From Pseudomonas sp. (lineage in GTDB: Bacteria > Pseudomonadota > Gammaproteobacteria > Pseudomonadales > Pseudomonadaceae), in NCBI GenBank assembly GCA_032105665.1, contig DAMCQE010000015.1:549-64548 (forward strand): DNA of 64,000 bases. Reading direction: 5' to 3'. Position numbers and translations under genes: made by a program. Shown in pieces: positions 56,156-64,000 of this stretch; the first letter of the stretch is position 1, and the number at the start of each line of letters is the position of its first letter. The notes below the pieces were generated by a model, which had not been told where the DNA came from, made no database searches, and worked only from the letters and a program-made list of their open reading frames with translations.

Positions 56156-57544
56156 ATGGACCAACTGCCGAGCTTCGACCGCGCCCTGGTCGAGAAATAC
56201 GACCGTCCAGGTCCGCGCTACACCTCCTACCCCACGGCCCCACAGTTTCACCAGGCCTTCGCCCAGGATGATTACCGTGCCGCCGCCGCACGCAGCAATC
56301 AGGCGCAAACGCCCAAGCCGCTGTCGGTATACATCCACATTCCGTTCTGCAAGAGCCTTTGCTACTACTGCGCTTGCAACAAGATCATCACCCACAAGAC
56401 CGAGCGCGCCGTCGAGTACCTCGAATACCTCAAGCGCGAGATCGCCATGCAGGGCGAACTGTTCGATCGTTCGCGCAAGCTCACTCAGCTGCACCTCGGC
56501 GGTGGCACACCCACCTACTTCACCAGCGAGCAGCTGGCCGACCTGATGGCGAGCCTGCATCAGGCGTTCAACTTGGATGACAGCGACAACCACGAGTTCT
56601 CGCTGGAGGTGGACCCGCGCACCGTCACGCCCGAGCAGATCCACGGCCTGCGCAAGCTGGGCTTCAACCGCCTGAGCTTCGGCGTGCAGGATTTCGACGA
56701 GCAGGTGCAGATCGCCGTCAACCGCATCCAGACCGAGGAGCAGACTCGCGAGCTGGTCCAGGCCGCCCGCGACGCACAGTTCAAGTCCATCAGCGTCGAC
56801 CTGATCTACGGCCTGCCGCTGCAGACGGTGGCCAGCTTCGACACCACGCTGGACAAGATCATCGACATTCGTCCGGACCGCATCGCCGCTTACAGCTATG
56901 CCCACCTGCCGGAGCTGGTACGCGCACAGAAGCTGATCCGCCCAGAGGACATGCCACCGCCGGAGCGCAAGCTCGAACTGCTGGAACTGACCATCCAGCG
57001 CCTTACCGCCGCCGGCTACATCTATATCGGCATGGATCACTTCTCCCTGCCGGAAGATGAGCTGGCCCTGGCGCGCGCCAATGGCACGCTGCAGCGCAAC
57101 TTCCAGGGTTATTCGACCCACGCCGATTGCGACCTGATCGGGTTGGGCATTTCCTCCATAGGCAAGGTCGCCGACAGCTATAGCCAGAACGTCAAGGAGC
57201 TATCGCAGTATTACGCGCGCCTCAACGAGGGCATGCTGCCGGTGCAGCGCGGCTACAAGCTGAGCGACGATGACTGCCTGCGCCGTGACGTCATCGTGTC
57301 GCTGATGTGCCATAGCCGCGTCGACTACCGCCAGATCGAACAGAGGCATGGCATCAATTTCGAGGAATACTTCGCCGATTCGCTGGCAAAGCTCGCCGAA
57401 CCGGTGGCCGATGGCCTGGTCGAGCTGCACGACGATGCGCTGGTCCTCTTGCCGCAAGGACAGCTGATGATGCGCAACGTCGCCATGGCCTTTGACGCCT
57501 ATCTCGGCGGCGAGCAGCGCGGTCGTTTTTCGCGCACGGTCTGA
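56156..57544 (+). CDS. hemN: Oxygen-independent coproporphyrinogen III oxidase
   Basis: GPRYTSYPTA, radical-SAM CxxxCxxC (CKSLCYYC), GGGTPT and RNFQGY. Confidence 0.95.
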   Translation: MDQLPSFDRALVEKYDRPGPRYTSYPTAPQFHQAFAQDDYRAAAARSNQAQTPKPLSVYIHIPFCKSLCYYCACNKIITHKTERAVEYLEYLKREIAMQGELFDRSRKLTQLHLGGGTPTYFTSEQLADLMASLHQAFNLDDSDNHEFSLEVDPRTVTPEQIHGLRKLGFNRLSFGVQDFDEQVQIAVNRIQTEEQTRELVQAARDAQFKSISVDLIYGLPLQTVASFDTTLDKIIDIRPDRIAAYSYAHLPELVRAQKLIRPEDMPPPERKLELLELTIQRLTAAGYIYIGMDHFSLPEDELALARANGTLQRNFQGYSTHADCDLIGLGISSIGKVADSYSQNVKELSQYYARLNEGMLPVQRGYKLSDDDCLRRDVIVSLMCHSRVDYRQIEQRHGINFEEYFADSLAKLAEPVADGLVELHDDALVLLPQGQLMMRNVAMAFDAYLGGEQRGRFSRTV

Positions 57545-57560
57545 CCTCGCCCACGACGTC

Positions 57561-57589
57561 ACAGCAGGCGGCGCCCAGCCGCCTGCTGT
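57561..57589 (+). terminator. 12-bp stem-loop after hemN
   Basis: ACAGCAGGCGGC-GCCCA-GCCGCCTGCTGT; no U-tract. Confidence 0.45.
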
Positions 57590-57621
57590 AGCTGGTGAGA
57601 CTTCCGCTGATCACCGGGCAA

Positions 57622-57656
57622 TTGCCAAACGCCGCTCAAGCTGTATAAATAGCCAG
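57622..57656 (+). promoter_or_regulatory. Sigma70 promoter overlapped by a LexA (SOS) box
   Basis: TTGCCA-N16-TATAAA; CTGTATAAATAGCCAG (CTG-N10-CAG) at 57641-57656 covers the -10. Confidence 0.7.
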
Positions 57657-57699
57657 TCTTTGAGCGGGCCGCGCGCGCCCCAGCTGCAGCGGATGTGCA

Positions 57700-59337
57700 A
57701 TGCGTCAGGCCCTGGAAAATCCCTTCTACTACCTCGAAAACTTCCGACAGGTTCTGGCCTGGGTGAGCCGTCACCACAGTGATCTGCTGGATGAAACCGA
57801 GCTGGCATTTATCGAGCGTTTCGCCCTGTTGCCGCAGCCTTCCCAGGCGCTGCTGGTGCGCATGGTGATGCGCAAGGGCATGCTGTTTCGAGCAAGCAAG
57901 CTGCGCTATCCGGAGATTGGCTGCTCGCGTCGCGCGGTAGAGCCATTGATCGATCTGGGGTGGGTCGATGCGTCTTCGGCCCTGACGCTCGAGCGGCTGT
58001 TCGCTTTGCTGACCAAAGGCGAGCTGCTGCAGGTGTTCGGGTCGTCTGCATCAGCCAGCCTGCGCAAGGCCGAGCTGCTGGATAAGCTGCGCGCCGACCA
58101 CCAGATGGCCAAGCCGTTTCAGGCGTGGTGCAGGGAGATCGAAGACGTGGTATTTGCGTTATGCATCGACGAACTCTGTGAGCGCCTGCGTTTGCTGTTC
58201 TTTGGCAACATCCATCAGGACTGGTCCGAGTTCGTGCTGGCTGACCTCGGCATCTATCGTTACGAGCAGGTCGTCTTCTCGCCCAGCTCACGCGCCTTCA
58301 ACTGTCGCACCGAGCTGGATGCCTATCTGCATCTGCATCGTTGCCGCGAGCGTTTCGATACCGGTGAGTCATCGAGCGACGTGCTGGCCGACGTGCCCGA
58401 TGTGCCCTATGCCAACGCCTGGCTGGAAAGCCGCCGCGGCAAGCTGCTGCTGCGTATCGCCCAGCAGTTCGAACGCATCGGTGACCTGGCAGAAGCCCTG
58501 CGTCTGCATGCCTCCAATGGCTATCCCGGTGCTCGCGAGCGAGCGATTCGTGTGCTCGAACGCTGTGGCCAGCCTGCAGCAGCGCTGGAGCTGCTAGATC
58601 AGGCGCAGGCTGCGCCGCAGAGTGAGCACGAGCTGCAGCAACTGCAGCGAATCAAGCCGCGCCTGCAGCGCAGCCTGGGTATTCCTACGCTGCGCTCACT
58701 CAGCCGCAAGCCGGAGCAGCTCGATCTGGTCCTGCCCCGGACCGGCTGTAGCGTCGAGCATGCGGTGCGCGAGCACCTGTCGACGCCAGACGCGCCCGTC
58801 TACTACGTCGAGAATGCCCTAGTCGGCTCGTTGTTCGGCCTGCTTTGTTGGGACGCGATCTTCGCACCGCTTCCCGGTGCGTTCTTCCACCCTTTTCACT
58901 GGGCGCCGGCTGATCTGAATCGTGCGGATTTTCAACAACGGCGCGCCGATCTGTTTGCCGCATGCCTGGCCTGTCTGGACAGTGACGACTACCGCGACTG
59001 CATCTGGCGCACCTTCCAGGCAAAGCTCGGCATTCATAACGCGTTCGTTGCCTGGGGGCTGCTCGACGAGAAGCTGTTGACCCATGCCCTGACGTGCATT
59101 CCCGCCGCGCATCTGAAGCTGATGTTTCAGCGCATCCTCGCCGATGTTTGCGGCAATCGCACTGGCCTACCGGACCTCATCCAGCTGTGGCCCGAAGAAC
59201 GCCGCTACCGGATGATTGAGGTGAAAGGCCCGGGCGATCGCCTGCAGGACAACCAGAAGCGCTGGATCGATTACGCCCATCAGCACGGCCTGCCGATTGC
59301 GGTCTGCCATGTGCAATGGGCTGAGGTCATGGCGTGA
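57700..59337 (+). CDS. FAN1-like VRR-NUC nuclease
   Basis: FYYLENF N-terminus and C-terminal GLPDL...IEVKGPGDRLQDNQKRW PD-(D/E)xK motif. Confidence 0.9.
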   Translation: MRQALENPFYYLENFRQVLAWVSRHHSDLLDETELAFIERFALLPQPSQALLVRMVMRKGMLFRASKLRYPEIGCSRRAVEPLIDLGWVDASSALTLERLFALLTKGELLQVFGSSASASLRKAELLDKLRADHQMAKPFQAWCREIEDVVFALCIDELCERLRLLFFGNIHQDWSEFVLADLGIYRYEQVVFSPSSRAFNCRTELDAYLHLHRCRERFDTGESSSDVLADVPDVPYANAWLESRRGKLLLRIAQQFERIGDLAEALRLHASNGYPGARERAIRVLERCGQPAAALELLDQAQAAPQSEHELQQLQRIKPRLQRSLGIPTLRSLSRKPEQLDLVLPRTGCSVEHAVREHLSTPDAPVYYVENALVGSLFGLLCWDAIFAPLPGAFFHPFHWAPADLNRADFQQRRADLFAACLACLDSDDYRDCIWRTFQAKLGIHNAFVAWGLLDEKLLTHALTCIPAAHLKLMFQRILADVCGNRTGLPDLIQLWPEERRYRMIEVKGPGDRLQDNQKRWIDYAHQHGLPIAVCHVQWAEVMA

Positions 59338-61613
59338 GCTATCGGGTCGCGGTGCGCGCGCTCTGCGAATTCACCTCTAAGGTCGGCGATCTGGACCTGC
59401 GCTTCACACCCTCGCCCACCGCGCTGGAAGGCATCGCCGGCCACGCCCAGGTCAGCGCCAGGCGCGGCGAGGGCTACGAACGTGAAGTGGCTCTGGAGGG
59501 CCAATACGGAAAACTCATGGTGCGCGGCCGCGCCGATGGCTACGACCCGGCGCGGAACCGCCTGGACGAAATCAAAACCTTCCGCGGGGATCTGGAACGT
59601 CTGCCGGCCAACCATCGGCAATTGCACTGGGCGCAGGCGAAGATCTACGGCTGGCTGCTGTGTCAGACGCGCCAGCTCGACGAGGTCGAGCTGGCACTGG
59701 TCTATTTCGACGTCGCCAGCCACAAGGAAACCCTCTTCGTCGAACGCCACGGAGCACAGAGCCTGCGCCTTTTTTTCGAAACCCAGTGTCAGGCGTTTCT
59801 CGACTGGGCCGAACAGGAACTGGCCCATCGCGACGCGCGCGACCAGGCACTTTCCGCCCTGCGCTTTCCCCTCGACGAATTTCGTACCGGCCAGCGGCAA
59901 CTCGCCGAGGCGGTGTACAAGGCAGCCTGCACGGGCACCACACTCATGGCGCAAGCGCCGACAGGTATCGGCAAGACCCTGGGCACGCTGTTTCCGCAAC
60001 TCAAGGCGTTTCCCGGCCAGCAGCTCGACAAGCTGTTCTTTCTCGCTGCCAAGACCTCCGGCCGCCGCCTGGCGCTGGATGCACTGCAAACGCTACAGCG
60101 CAACGGCGCGGGTGAATTGCGTGTGCTCGAACTGATCGCGCGTGACAAGGCCTGCGAGCACCCGGACAAGGCCTGTCACGGCGAATCCTGCCCGTTGGCG
60201 AAGGGTTTCTACGATCGTTTGCCCGCGGCCCGAGCAGCGGCATTGCAGCACAGCATGCTCGACCAAGCGGCCCTGCGAGAGGTCGCCCTCGCCCATCGGG
60301 TCTGCCCCTATTACCTCAGCCAGGAGCTGGCGCGCTGGGCGGACGCCGTGGTCGGCGACTACAACTACTATTTCGACATCAGCGCGCTGCTCTACGGCCT
60401 GATGCTCAACAATGACTGGCGTATCAGCGTGCTGGTGGACGAAGCGCACAACCTGCTCGAACGCGCGCGCGGCATGTACAGCGCCGAGCTCGATCAGCGG
60501 GCCTTCGCCGGTCTCGGCGGCAAGGCGCCAGCGCCCTTGAAACGCCCGTTGGGTCGGGTACAGCGCTGCTGGAACGACCTGCATCGCGAGCAGCTGGCGA
60601 ATTATCAGGTGCAGCCCGAGCTGCCGCTCAAGCTGCTCGGCGCGCTGCAACAGGCCGTCAGCGCCGTCACCGATTACCTTGGCGAACAGCCCGGCGGGCT
60701 GGATGCAGAGCTGCAACGGGCCTATTTCGATGCCATGCATTTCTGCCGGATCGCCGAACTGTTCGGCGAGCATTCGTTGTTCGATATCAGCCTGTTACCC
60801 GCAACTGGCCGCGGCAAGACCAAGCGTTCGATGCTGTGCCTGCGCAATGTGGTTCCAGCGCCCTTCCTCGCGCCACGGTTAGAACAGGCTCGTTCGACGG
60901 TGCTGTTCTCGGCCACGCTGAACCCGCGCCGGTTCCATGCCGATATGTTGGGCCTGCCCACGGGTAGCGCTTGGATCGAGGTCGAATCACCGTTCCAGGC
61001 CGATCAGCTACGGGTGTGCCTGGCCGAGCATGTCTCGACCCGCTATCAGCACCGCCAGGCCTCGCTGGGTGCCGTGGTCGAGCTCATCGCCCGGCAATAT
61101 CGCGAGCGCGCCGGCAACTACCTGGCGTTCTTCAGCAGCTTTGATTACCTGCAACAGGTGACCGCCCTGCTGCGCGAGCAGTATCCGGACGTGCCCTTCT
61201 GGGAGCAGACTCGCGGCATGCAGGAAGCGGCCCGCAGTGCATTTCTCGAGCGATTCACCGAGCACAGCAAGGGCGTCGGTTTTGCGGTGCTCGGCGGCGC
61301 ATTCGCCGAAGGCATCGACCTGCCAGGCAACCGCTTGATTGGCGCTTTTATCGCTACCCTCGGCCTGCCACAGGTCAATCCGGTCAACGAGCAGTTCAAG
61401 GCACGCCTTGAGCAGCTATTCGGCCGCGGCCTGGGTTACGACTACACCTACCTCTACCCCGGGCTGCAGAAAGTCGTGCAGGCTGCGGGACGGGTTATCC
61501 GCACACAGAGCGATGAAGGCGTCGTGCACCTGATCGACGACCGTTTCGGCCGGTCGCAGATACGCCGCCTGCTGCCGAGCTGGTGGCAGCTTTCGCCAGT
61601 TTCCAGCGACTGA
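59334..61613 (+). CDS. DinG/XPD-family FeS helicase with N-terminal PD-(D/E)xK nuclease-like domain
   Basis: GRADG..DEIKT..AQAKIY; Walker A APTGIGKT; four Cys (C-x6-C-x4-C...CPYY); DEAH; QAAGRVIR. Start overlaps the FAN1 stop. Confidence 0.9.
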   Translation: MSYRVAVRALCEFTSKVGDLDLRFTPSPTALEGIAGHAQVSARRGEGYEREVALEGQYGKLMVRGRADGYDPARNRLDEIKTFRGDLERLPANHRQLHWAQAKIYGWLLCQTRQLDEVELALVYFDVASHKETLFVERHGAQSLRLFFETQCQAFLDWAEQELAHRDARDQALSALRFPLDEFRTGQRQLAEAVYKAACTGTTLMAQAPTGIGKTLGTLFPQLKAFPGQQLDKLFFLAAKTSGRRLALDALQTLQRNGAGELRVLELIARDKACEHPDKACHGESCPLAKGFYDRLPAARAAALQHSMLDQAALREVALAHRVCPYYLSQELARWADAVVGDYNYYFDISALLYGLMLNNDWRISVLVDEAHNLLERARGMYSAELDQRAFAGLGGKAPAPLKRPLGRVQRCWNDLHREQLANYQVQPELPLKLLGALQQAVSAVTDYLGEQPGGLDAELQRAYFDAMHFCRIAELFGEHSLFDISLLPATGRGKTKRSMLCLRNVVPAPFLAPRLEQARSTVLFSATLNPRRFHADMLGLPTGSAWIEVESPFQADQLRVCLAEHVSTRYQHRQASLGAVVELIARQYRERAGNYLAFFSSFDYLQQVTALLREQYPDVPFWEQTRGMQEAARSAFLERFTEHSKGVGFAVLGGAFAEGIDLPGNRLIGAFIATLGLPQVNPVNEQFKARLEQLFGRGLGYDYTYLYPGLQKVVQAAGRVIRTQSDEGVVHLIDDRFGRSQIRRLLPSWWQLSPVSSD

Positions 61614-61637
61614 GGCCACGCAACGGCGCCGTTCGGG

Positions 61638-61666
61638 TTGCGTGGTGTCCGGAGGCTCGCTATAGT
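61638..61666 (+). promoter_or_regulatory. Sigma70 promoter of tRNA-Leu
   Basis: TTGCGT-N17-TATAGT followed by a GC-rich discriminator. Confidence 0.65.
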
Positions 61667-61709
61667 CCTGCGCCGCCGATCCCCATCGGCGCACTGCTAC
61701 GCAGCCTCC

Positions 61710-61796
61710 GCCCGGATGGCGAAATTGGTATACGCAAGGGACTTAAAATCCCTCATCCGAAAGGGTATGCGGGTTCGACCCCCGCTCCGGGCACCA
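61710..61796 (+). tRNA. tRNA-Leu (anticodon TAA)
   Basis: GCCCGGA/TCCGGGC acceptor stem, anticodon arm AGGGA-CTTAAAA-TCCCT, long variable arm, GGTTCGA T-loop and encoded CCA. Confidence 0.95.
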
Positions 61797-62018
61797 GTCT
61801 TTACGCGGCTTTCAGCCTTCCAGCGTCCGTCTTGTCATTTCCGCTTTACTGACTTTCCGCAATTAGCGCTAGCGCTGCCATCGTCAGCGCACTATCTGAT
61901 CAACTTTGTATCCATCGAACGCAGTTACCAGCCTGAGGGTTGGCTGAAGTTCATATCGAACTTGCCGACATCGCGCTGCCGCTCTTTTCAATGTCCAGAA
62001 AGATAGTACGCGCGCAAT

Positions 62019-62048
62019 TGTGTCTGCAGATACATACAGTGCTATGCT
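62019..62048 (+). promoter_or_regulatory. Putative autoregulatory operator and extended -10 of the TA operon
   Basis: Near-perfect palindrome TGTGTCTGCAGATACA (62019-62034) and TGcTATGCT (62040-62048). Confidence 0.45.
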
Positions 62049-62077
62049 GAGTCCATGGAATTAATCGAGCAATTGCC

Positions 62078-62482
62078 ATGACTGCGACTCTTCAGGCACC
62101 CGCGTTTACCAAAGACCAGTGCGCCGCCGGCCTTCGAACCGCGGTGAACGTTCTCGAAAAATGGCAGGCGTCTACCGAACAGGCCTGTCGGATATTGCGT
62201 ATCTCCCGCAGTACTCACGCACGGGCCAAGCTCCGCAATGCAGATTGGTCGGTCAGCCTGGACCCCGACCAGATGCAGCGCGTCAGTTTCATTCTCAACA
62301 TCCACGCAGCACTGCGGCTGATCTTCGATAACCCGGAAAACACTTACGGCTTTGCGGCAATGCCCAATCACAACGAATTCTTCAACGGGCGATCGCCGCT
62401 GGAGGTAATGGCTCAGGGGGACATGATTTCCCTGTACGAGTCGTTCCGCCGTATCGACAGCCTACGAGGCGCGCAGTGGTAG
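62078..62482 (+). CDS. Antitoxin, Xre/MbcA/ParS family
   Basis: HTH-like N-terminal part and C-terminal 'PN..FNGRSPLE'; overlaps the RES gene. Confidence 0.85.
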   Translation: MTATLQAPAFTKDQCAAGLRTAVNVLEKWQASTEQACRILRISRSTHARAKLRNADWSVSLDPDQMQRVSFILNIHAALRLIFDNPENTYGFAAMPNHNEFFNGRSPLEVMAQGDMISLYESFRRIDSLRGAQW

Positions 62483-63168
62483 TGCCGCAGCGACTGCCGA
62501 TACGGGCAGATGCCCGGTGCCAGTCGTACCGGCTGGTGAACTCCAAGTATCCCCCCATCGACCTGTTCGATGACGTAGCCGACGCCGAGGAATTTGAAAT
62601 CCTCTATCAGTTACAGGCGCTGACAAACCCGAGATTGCACAACGAAACTGGCCGCCTCGAGCTGATTCCTCGGTCAGAAATACCATTCGGCATTCCGGGC
62701 TGCTCCTACGCTACGGCGCCGTTCACCCACGTGAATCCAGCCGGCTCTCGTTTCAGCGATGGCAGCTACGGCGTGTTGTATCTGGCCGACAGCATGGAAA
62801 CGGCACTGACCGAGGTGCGGTATCACCAGGAGCACTACTGGTCGAATGTCGTAGGCTTGAACTTCGAGCGGTTCGTTTTCCGCGGGTTGTCATGTCAATT
62901 CAACGAGGCCGGGCTGCTGGATGCCACGAGCGTGTCGATGTCGGATCCGATCTACGACGCGGATGATTACCTCCAGTCCCGCCAGTTCGGTCGCCTCGCC
63001 AGGCAAGAGGGATTCCCCGGGTTGCGGTATCACTCGGTACGTAGCCCAGGCCGGCACTGTTGGGCACTCATGACGCCGCGGCGCGTACTGTCCATCGTTC
63101 AGACCGCACACTACGAGATGATCTGGAACGCTGGCATCACCAGCGTCAGCGCGATCACCGAAGTCTGA
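62476..63168 (+). CDS. RES-domain toxin (NAD+ phosphorylase family)
   Basis: R (YRLV), SRFSDGSYGVLY, E (ALTEV) and S (YHSVR). Confidence 0.88.
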   Translation: MVVPQRLPIRADARCQSYRLVNSKYPPIDLFDDVADAEEFEILYQLQALTNPRLHNETGRLELIPRSEIPFGIPGCSYATAPFTHVNPAGSRFSDGSYGVLYLADSMETALTEVRYHQEHYWSNVVGLNFERFVFRGLSCQFNEAGLLDATSVSMSDPIYDADDYLQSRQFGRLARQEGFPGLRYHSVRSPGRHCWALMTPRRVLSIVQTAHYEMIWNAGITSVSAITEV

Positions 63169-63320
63169 TGCTGGCGCGTTAGCCGTCTTCTCCTCCCTGC
63201 ACCGGCCATCCGATTGCGCCGTGCTGCCAAACCGCTGTAACAATCATCGCGCATCGTCTGCTCATGGACTCCCCATGGCGCAAGGACGCTCCACCGAACT
63301 CACGACGTGAGGACGCGAAC

Positions 63321-63500
63321 ATGAGCAAGCGATCACTCGAAGAACTGGTTACCCGATCGGATATCAGTGCACTCCAGCCCATGGTGCATTGGCGCCGCGG
63401 GCGTCGTAACGGTCATGACAAGGCCGGGCCGAACGCTGCCGCACTGATTCAGCGCGCCGCACATGATATCGGCATGCTGAGAACCGCCGTACACAGCTAG
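63321..63500 (+). CDS. Small hypothetical protein (59 aa)
   Basis: GAGG RBS before ATG 63321; no recognisable domain. Confidence 0.3.
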   Translation: MSKRSLEELVTRSDISALQPMVHWRRGRRNGHDKAGPNAAALIQRAAHDIGMLRTAVHS

Positions 63501-63567
63501 CTAAGCTCGACTCCTGTCAGGCCTCGCGAACGGGTCGCAAGGCCTGTTCCAGAGCTTTTCTGTGGCC

Positions 63568-63581
63568 TTGACGGCTGTCAA
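63568..63581 (+). promoter_or_regulatory. FNR/ANR/DNR-type box
   Basis: Perfect palindrome TTGAC-GGCT-GTCAA, 56 nt upstream of the next CDS. Confidence 0.7.
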
Positions 63582-63637
63582 TGGCAAAAATAGTAAGCAG
63601 CCTATCTTTCGCTCCGATGTCAACCAAGGAGCGGCAC

Positions 63638-64000
63638 ATGAAGAACCTGCATCCCCGTCATCTGACCCCCTACCTGCTGAGCGCTGGGCTGTTATGCAGT
63701 CCGGCGGTTTTCGCTCAGGAAACCTTCAGCAGCTTGTTCACCGACGCGAAACCGATTCTGGATGTGCGCTATCGCTACGAGCACGTCGATCAGGACAACG
63801 CACTTGAGCACGCCAACGCCCAGACGCTGCGCACCCGCGTAGGCTTTCAGACCGGCAAGTGGTACGGCCTGTCGGCTCTGGTCGAGGCAGACAACGTAAG
63901 CCGCCTGGGTGATGCCGCCTACAACAGCACACGTAACGGCCAGACCGATTACTCCGTGGTAGCCGACCCCGACGGCAGCGAAATCAACCAGGCGCTGTTG
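63638..64000 (+). CDS. Outer-membrane beta-barrel, alginate-export (AlgE-like) family; 5' part (truncated by window end)
   Basis: AAGGAG RBS, signal peptide, and DVRYRYEHVDQ..A.AQTLRTRVGF..VADPDGSEINQA. It is absent from the ORF track, presumably because there is no stop in the window. Confidence 0.75.
   Translation, partial: MKNLHPRHLTPYLLSAGLLCSPAVFAQETFSSLFTDAKPILDVRYRYEHVDQDNALEHANAQTLRTRVGFQTGKWYGLSALVEADNVSRLGDAAYNSTRNGQTDYSVVADPDGSEINQALL

Noticed and set aside
59334..59800. Cas4-like domain plus DinG suggesting a type IV CRISPR system
   Set aside because: There is no array or other cas gene; the FAN1 partner and LexA box point to DNA repair.
61638..62006. ORFs overlapping the tRNA (61583-61852, 61638-62006)
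   Set aside because: They overlap a clear tRNA gene and its promoter, and have no integrase motifs.

Overview
GC-rich Pseudomonadaceae chromosome segment; Stutzerimonas/Pseudomonas stutzeri-like is my inference from gene content and synteny. It appears to span the replication terminus: a XerC/D dif site lies at 45325-45352, and the KOPS motifs I found by eye switch strand across it. Bases 1-35346 form a stationary-phase/osmotic/desiccation stress region: Ku, a stand-alone LigD polymerase and a full LigD (NHEJ); glgE-treS/mak-glgB; DUF72-ybhP-clsB-ybhN; glgA-treZ-malQ-treY-DUF2934-glgX; CinA, MscS and YciE. About ten AlgU/sigmaE-type promoter motifs precede these units, and a 17-codon leader ORF appears translationally coupled to glgA. 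Next come an orphan curlin-repeat protein, a FUSC/Aae-type efflux module with AraC and LysR regulators, dif, and dgkA beside an uncharacterised BNR-propeller / membrane protein / LtaS-like transferase operon. The last part holds PCuAC, gor-VOC-galU, a sigma28-preceded chemoreceptor with a c-type heme (CxxCH) motif, hemN with an ANR box, a LexA-boxed FAN1-like nuclease plus nuclease-FeS-helicase pair, tRNA-Leu(TAA), an Xre-RES toxin-antitoxin pair and the start of an outer-membrane protein gene with an FNR-type box. I saw no CRISPR array, rRNA, transposase or integrase. All calls come from reading motifs by eye; no database searches were run.
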